A stretch of 64,000 nucleotides of DNA from Hemiscyllium ocellatum (taxonomy: Eukaryota), in the NCBI RefSeq assembly GCF_020745735.1, contig NC_083424.1:18400999-18464998 (forward strand), read 5' to 3'. Under the pieces are notes generated by a model, which had not been told where the DNA came from, made no database searches, and worked only from the letters and a program-made list of their open reading frames with translations. Every line of letters begins with the position of its first letter. Positions within the stretch are counted from its first letter, which is position 1. Shown here piece after piece: positions 59,000 through 64,000 of the stretch. A program made the position numbers and the translations under genes.

Positions 59000-61900
59000 T
59001 GTTCTCACCATTGACTGCAGACCCCATGAAGTCTCATGGCTTCAGGTTAAACATGGGCAAGGAAACCTCCTGCTGATTACTATGTACGGTTCTACCTCAG
59101 CTGATGAATCAGTACTCCTCCGTGTTGAACAACATTCAGAAGAAGTACTGAAGGGCACAAGATGTACTCTGGGTGGGGGATTTCAAACTGCACCACCAAG
59201 AGTGACTTAGCAGCAGTATGGCTGAGGTGTTCAGGTCCTAAAGGACATAGCTGCTTGACTGGGTCTGTTAGAGACAAAAGAAAAACTGCAGATACTGCAA
59301 TCCCAGGTTGACAGCAAGCCAGGCAGCATCAGGAAGTGGAGAAGTCAATGTTTCAGATGTAACCCTCCTTCAGGACTGGGGGTGGGAGTAAGGGGAACTG
59401 CAGATAAGAGGGCATGGGGAGCAGAGTGCTATTGTGAGGATCGGTGAACACAGGTAAAGGATACGACCTGGATGGTTAATGGGAGGAATGAATCTGGCTG
59501 GTGGCTGGAAGTAAGGGTCATTCAGAGAAATGAAAGGGAGGGGGTGGGGCAGGATAGGGAGTCAGGGGATGGGAAGGGAGGTTATTTGAAATTGGAGAAC
59601 TCAATATTGAGTTCTCTGGGCCGTAGGCTGCCCAGGCGGAAAATGAGGTGTTGTTCCTCCAATCTGCAGTCTGATATATTATGGCAATGGAGTAGGCCGA
59701 GGATGGTCGTGTTCGAAAGGAACTAGGAAGGGGAATTAAAATGGGAAGGGAGGTCAGGTTGGTCCCTTCAGGCCCTCAGCTTGTTCCTCTCCAACAGAGT
59801 CATCAGTTCCCCTCCACCAATACCCTCCTCTGCTTCACTGAACTAGTCCTCACCCCTAACTTTTCCTTTAATCCTCCCAATTTCTCCAAATCTAGGTGAT
59901 GGCTGAGGGCATGTGGTCGAGCCCCAGCTATGACTGCCTCTTTGTTGACTATGTAGAATAGTCCCTCTTCAGTACCTACACCAGCACTGTGCCCCCTGAT
60001 ATGGTTTTCTCTTCCCCCATTACATTGATGACTGCATTGGTGCAGCATCCTGCGGCTGAACTGGAGCAGTTCATCGACTTCGCCCACAACTTCCACCTTG
60101 CCCTCTAATTCACTTGGTCCATCTCTGACACCTCCCTCCCTTTCGTGACCTCTCCATTTCTATCTCCCCTGACAGTCTCCAGATGGATGTTACTATAAAC
60201 CCGTAGACTCTCACATCTACCTGAACTACACCACCTCCCACTCAGTGTATTGCAAGATCTCCATTCCGTAATCCCAATTTCTCCACCTCCGCCACATCTA
60301 CTCAGATGAGGAGACATTCCTCTCCTGAGCATCCAAATGCCCAAGTATTTTGAACAACATGCTTTTCCTCCCTCTGTCATCCAGACTGCACCACCTCCAT
60401 TTCCCATAACTCCGCTCTAACTCCTCCTGCTCCAAATGCAATAAAGACAGGGCCCCCCTTGTCTTCCCCTACCACCCCACCAGTCTCTGCACCCAACATA
60501 TCATCCTTGAAACACTTTTGTTTTGCAAACTCAAACTAGACCGCACCACCAAGAACATCTTCCCCACCCCATCTCTCTCCACCTTCTGCAAGGACCGTTC
60601 CCTTTATCAGTCCTTGGTTTGTGCCTCTCTCCACAACCACCCCCTGAACCCCCAGTTACCTTCCCCTGCAACCAGAAAAGATGCAAAACCTGCCAGTACA
60701 CCACCCCCTCATCTCCATCCAGGACCCCAAACAGTCCTTCCAGGTGAGACAGAGGTACACCTGCCTCTCCTCCAACCTAGTTTATTGCATTAGGTGCTCC
60801 TGATATGGTTTTCTCTACATCGGGGAGACCAAATGTAAACTCAGGGCATGTTTCACCGAGCATTGCAGCCGGACCCGCAGGGACCGACCTAACCTCCCAG
60901 TCACTGCCCATTTTAATTCCCCTTCCCACTCCCTTTCCAACATGACCATCCCGGCCTCCTCCATTGCCACAATGAATCAGACTGCAAATTGGAAGAAAAA
61001 CAGCTTGTCCTCCACCTGGGCAGCCGACAGCTCAGAGGACTCAACATTGAGTTCTCCAATTTCAAATCACCTCCCTTCCAATCCCCCGACTCCCTATTCA
61101 GCCTCTCCCCCTCCCTTCCATTCCTCTAACTGATCCTTCCTTCCAGCTACCAACTGGATTCTTACCTCCCACCAACCAACCAGATTGGACCCTCAACTTG
61201 TGTTCATCTATTCCTACCTCATCACCTCGCCACCCCTCCCCCCCACCAAAACATCATCCCATGTCCCAACAGCATCTCCTTTATCTGCAGCTCCCTTTAC
61301 ACCCATCCCCAGCCCTGAAGGAGGATTACGCCTGCAATGTTGACTTCCAGCCTCCTGCTTGCATGCTCTAGACTGAGTCCGCAGCGGGAAGTGAAGGAAC
61401 CAACAAGAGGAAAAAACATACTTGACCTCGTCCTTACCAATCTGCCGGCTGCAGATGCATCTGTCCATCACAGTATCGGTAAGAGCAATCACTGTCCATT
61501 CCTTGTGGAGCTATAGTCCTGCCTTCATATTGAGAATAACCTCCATCGTGTTGTGTGGCACTATCACAGTGATTTATGGGACAGACTTTGATCACACAAG
61601 ACTGGGTATACATATGGTCCTGTGGGCCATTCACAGCAACAGAACTGTATTCCATCATAATCTGTAATCTCATGGCCTGGCATATTCCCCATTCAACCAT
61701 TACCATCAAGCAAGGAGATCAACTCTAGTTCAATACTGAGTATAAGAGGGCATGCCAAGAGCAACAGCAGGCCTACCTGAAGATGAGGTGTCATTCTGAT
61801 GAAGCCGCCAAACAGCATAAGCAGCAAGTGATAGACAGAGCTGAGTGATCCGACATTCAAAGGTTCAGATCTAATCTCTGCAGTCCTACCAGATCTAGTC

Positions 61901-62838
61901 GAGAATGGCAGTAGACAATTAAATAACACATTAGAGGAAGAGGCTCGACAAATATCTCCATCCTCAATGATGGAAGAGCCCAGCACATCACTGTAAAAGG
62001 TAAGGCTAAAGTTTTCACAGCAATCTTCAGCCAGAAATGCCGAGAGGATGATCTAACTTCAATTCCTCCAGTAGTCCCATGCTTTATGGATACCAGTCTT
62101 CAGCCAATTCGATTTACTCCACGTTATCAAGAAATGGTTGGAGGCATTGGATACTGCAAAGGCTACAGGCACTGAATATTCCTGCAATAGTACTGAAGAC
62201 TCGTGCTTCAGAACTTGCCACTCCCTGAGCCAAGCTATTCCAGTACATTTACAACACTGGCATCTACCCGACAATGTAGAAAATTGCCCAGGTATGTCCT
62301 GTATAGAAAAAGCAGGACAAAGCCAATCGAGACAATTTCTACTCCATCAGTCTACTCTCAATCATCAGTAAAGGGATAGAAGGTCTCATCAATAGTGCTA
62401 GGAAGCAGCATCTGCTCAGCAATAACCTGCTCAGTGACACCCAGTTTGGGGTTCATCTGGGACACTCAACTCCTGACCTCATTACAGCCTTGGTTCAAAC
62501 ATGGACAAATCCCAGAGGTCAGGTGAGAATGACAGCTCTTGACATGTGTGGCATTGAGAAGCCCTGGCAAAACTGGAAACAATGGATATCAGGGGAAACC
62601 TCTCTGATGGTTAGAGACATACCTAACACGTAGGAAGATGGCCATGATTGTTGGAGGTCAGTCATCTCAACTCCAGGACATCTCTGCTGGAGTTCCTCAG
62701 GTTAATGTTCTAGGTTCAACCACCTTCAGCTGCTTCATCAATGACCTTCCCTCCATCATAAGCTCAGAATTGGGGATGTTTGCTAATGACTGCACAGTGT
62801 TCAGCACCATTCGTGACTCCTCAGACACTGAAGCGATC
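59000..62838 (+). mobile_element. Decayed CR1/L2-group LINE ORF2 interrupted by Penelope 59268-61367
   Basis: EN region (VLWVGDF), then ISAGVPQVNVLGSTTFSCFINDLPS...MFANDCTVF. Confidence 0.75.
59268..61367 (+). mobile_element. Older Penelope element (RT YIDD plus GIY-YIG) preceded by an inverted copy of its 3' end
   Basis: YIDDCIG at about 60021; NLVYCIRCS*YGFLYIGETK at about 60775. 59330-59770 is the reverse complement of about 60880-61350. Imperfect TSD cttgactgggtctg / ctagactgagtccg. Confidence 0.8.
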
Positions 62839-63500
62839 CAGTCAATGTTGGGGAAGTTAAAGAACCGCATAATGACCACCCTGTTCCTTTCATTCCTACC
62901 CGGAATCGTTTTGCCAATCCTCTCCTCCACATCGCTGAAACTTTGTGGAGGCCTATAAAAAAAAACTCCCAGCAGTGTGACCCCTGCTCCCTTGTTTCTA
63001 ACCTCAGCCTACGCTACCTCAGTAGACGAGTACTTGTCAAAAGTTCTTTCAGCCATCGTTATAGTGTTCTTGACTAACAAGGCCACATCTCCCCTCCCTC
63101 TTATACTACCTTTCCTGTTCTTAATGAAAGGTCTAAACCCTAGAACCTGCAACATCCATTCCTGACTCTGCTCTATCCATGTCTGTGAAATGGCCACAAC
63201 ATTGAAGTTCCAGGTACCTATCCATGCTGCAAGCTCACCTACCTTATTCTGGATACTGCAGGCATTGAAGTAGACACACTTCAAACCAGCTTGCTGTCTG
63301 CTAGCATGCTTCTGTGACCATGAAATCCTGTCCCAGTCCTCCCTACTGTCATCCTCCTGTGCACTGCAACTATAACACAGGTTCCCATCCCCCTGCTGAG
63401 CTAGTTTCAAACCACCTGAATAGCACTAGCAAATTTTTCACCCAGGTTATTAATATCCCTGTGGTTCAAGTGAAGACTGTCCTGTTTGTAGAGTTATCAC
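62839..63500 (-). mobile_element. CR1 ORF1 end / ORF2 endonuclease start
   Basis: LKCVYFNACSIQNKVGELAAWIGTWNFNVVAISQTW...RVVIMRFFNFPNIDW. Confidence 0.85.
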
Positions 63501-64000
63501 CGTTCCTTCACTGTCGCTGGGTCAAAAATGTTGCTGGAATTCCCTCCCTAAGGGCATTGTGGGTCAACCCAGCAGGTGGACTGCAGTGGTTCAAGAAGGC
63601 AGCTCATTCCACCTTCTCAGGGCAGCAAGGGAGGGACGATAAATACCAGCCAGCAAGGGATGCCCACGTTCCACAAAATAAAAATTAAATTTAGCTTTCT
63701 GGACCTCCTACGTGGCCTTATCCCACCCATGTCTTCTCCACCAACTGTACTGTCCTAGCATTCCTTCTACATCTGATTAGACTTTACTCCTGGCTTTACA
63801 TCTGCCCTGGGTCCCATCCCCCTGCCAAATCAGTTTAAAATCAGTGTCTTTTCCTGACACTGAACTGAATTCATCGTCTTCGAAGTTTGATGCCATCTTT
63901 CCATTGTTCCATGAGATTATGAATCATCAGTTGAATAAATAAAAAGTTTTACACACAAATATCCATCATTTATTTGAATATTTGTGGCATAAAATTCGAA

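Overview
Vertebrate genomic DNA, very probably from a shark or other cartilaginous fish (inferred from HE1/V-SINE-type SINEs, abundant CR1, Penelope, Gmr1-like Gypsy and Harbinger remnants). Most of the window is transposon-derived. Host genes: (1) two tandem, nearly identical ISG15-like di-ubiquitin genes (CDS 2058-2531 and 14878-15351), each with ISRE/IRF elements upstream and an apparent 5'-UTR intron; (2) an intact single-coding-exon 172-aa ORF at 35606-36124 with T5orf172/MUG113-type GIY-YIG motifs behind a myristoylation-like, strongly acidic N-terminus, which is unexpected in a vertebrate and is the best candidate for an undescribed system here; (3) the first three coding exons of P2RX2 (48390-48529, 54396-54543, 58117-58188), not shown as a gene in the ORF track. 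Other observations: gene-conversion-like homogenisation of the ISG15 pair, hammerhead ribozyme cores in Penelope repeats, a TSD-flanked 2.3-kb Penelope fold-back in P2RX2 intron 1, a full-length decayed L1, and a young CR1 with an unbroken RT ORF. All calls were made by eye; no searches were run, and repeat boundaries are approximate unless a TSD is given.
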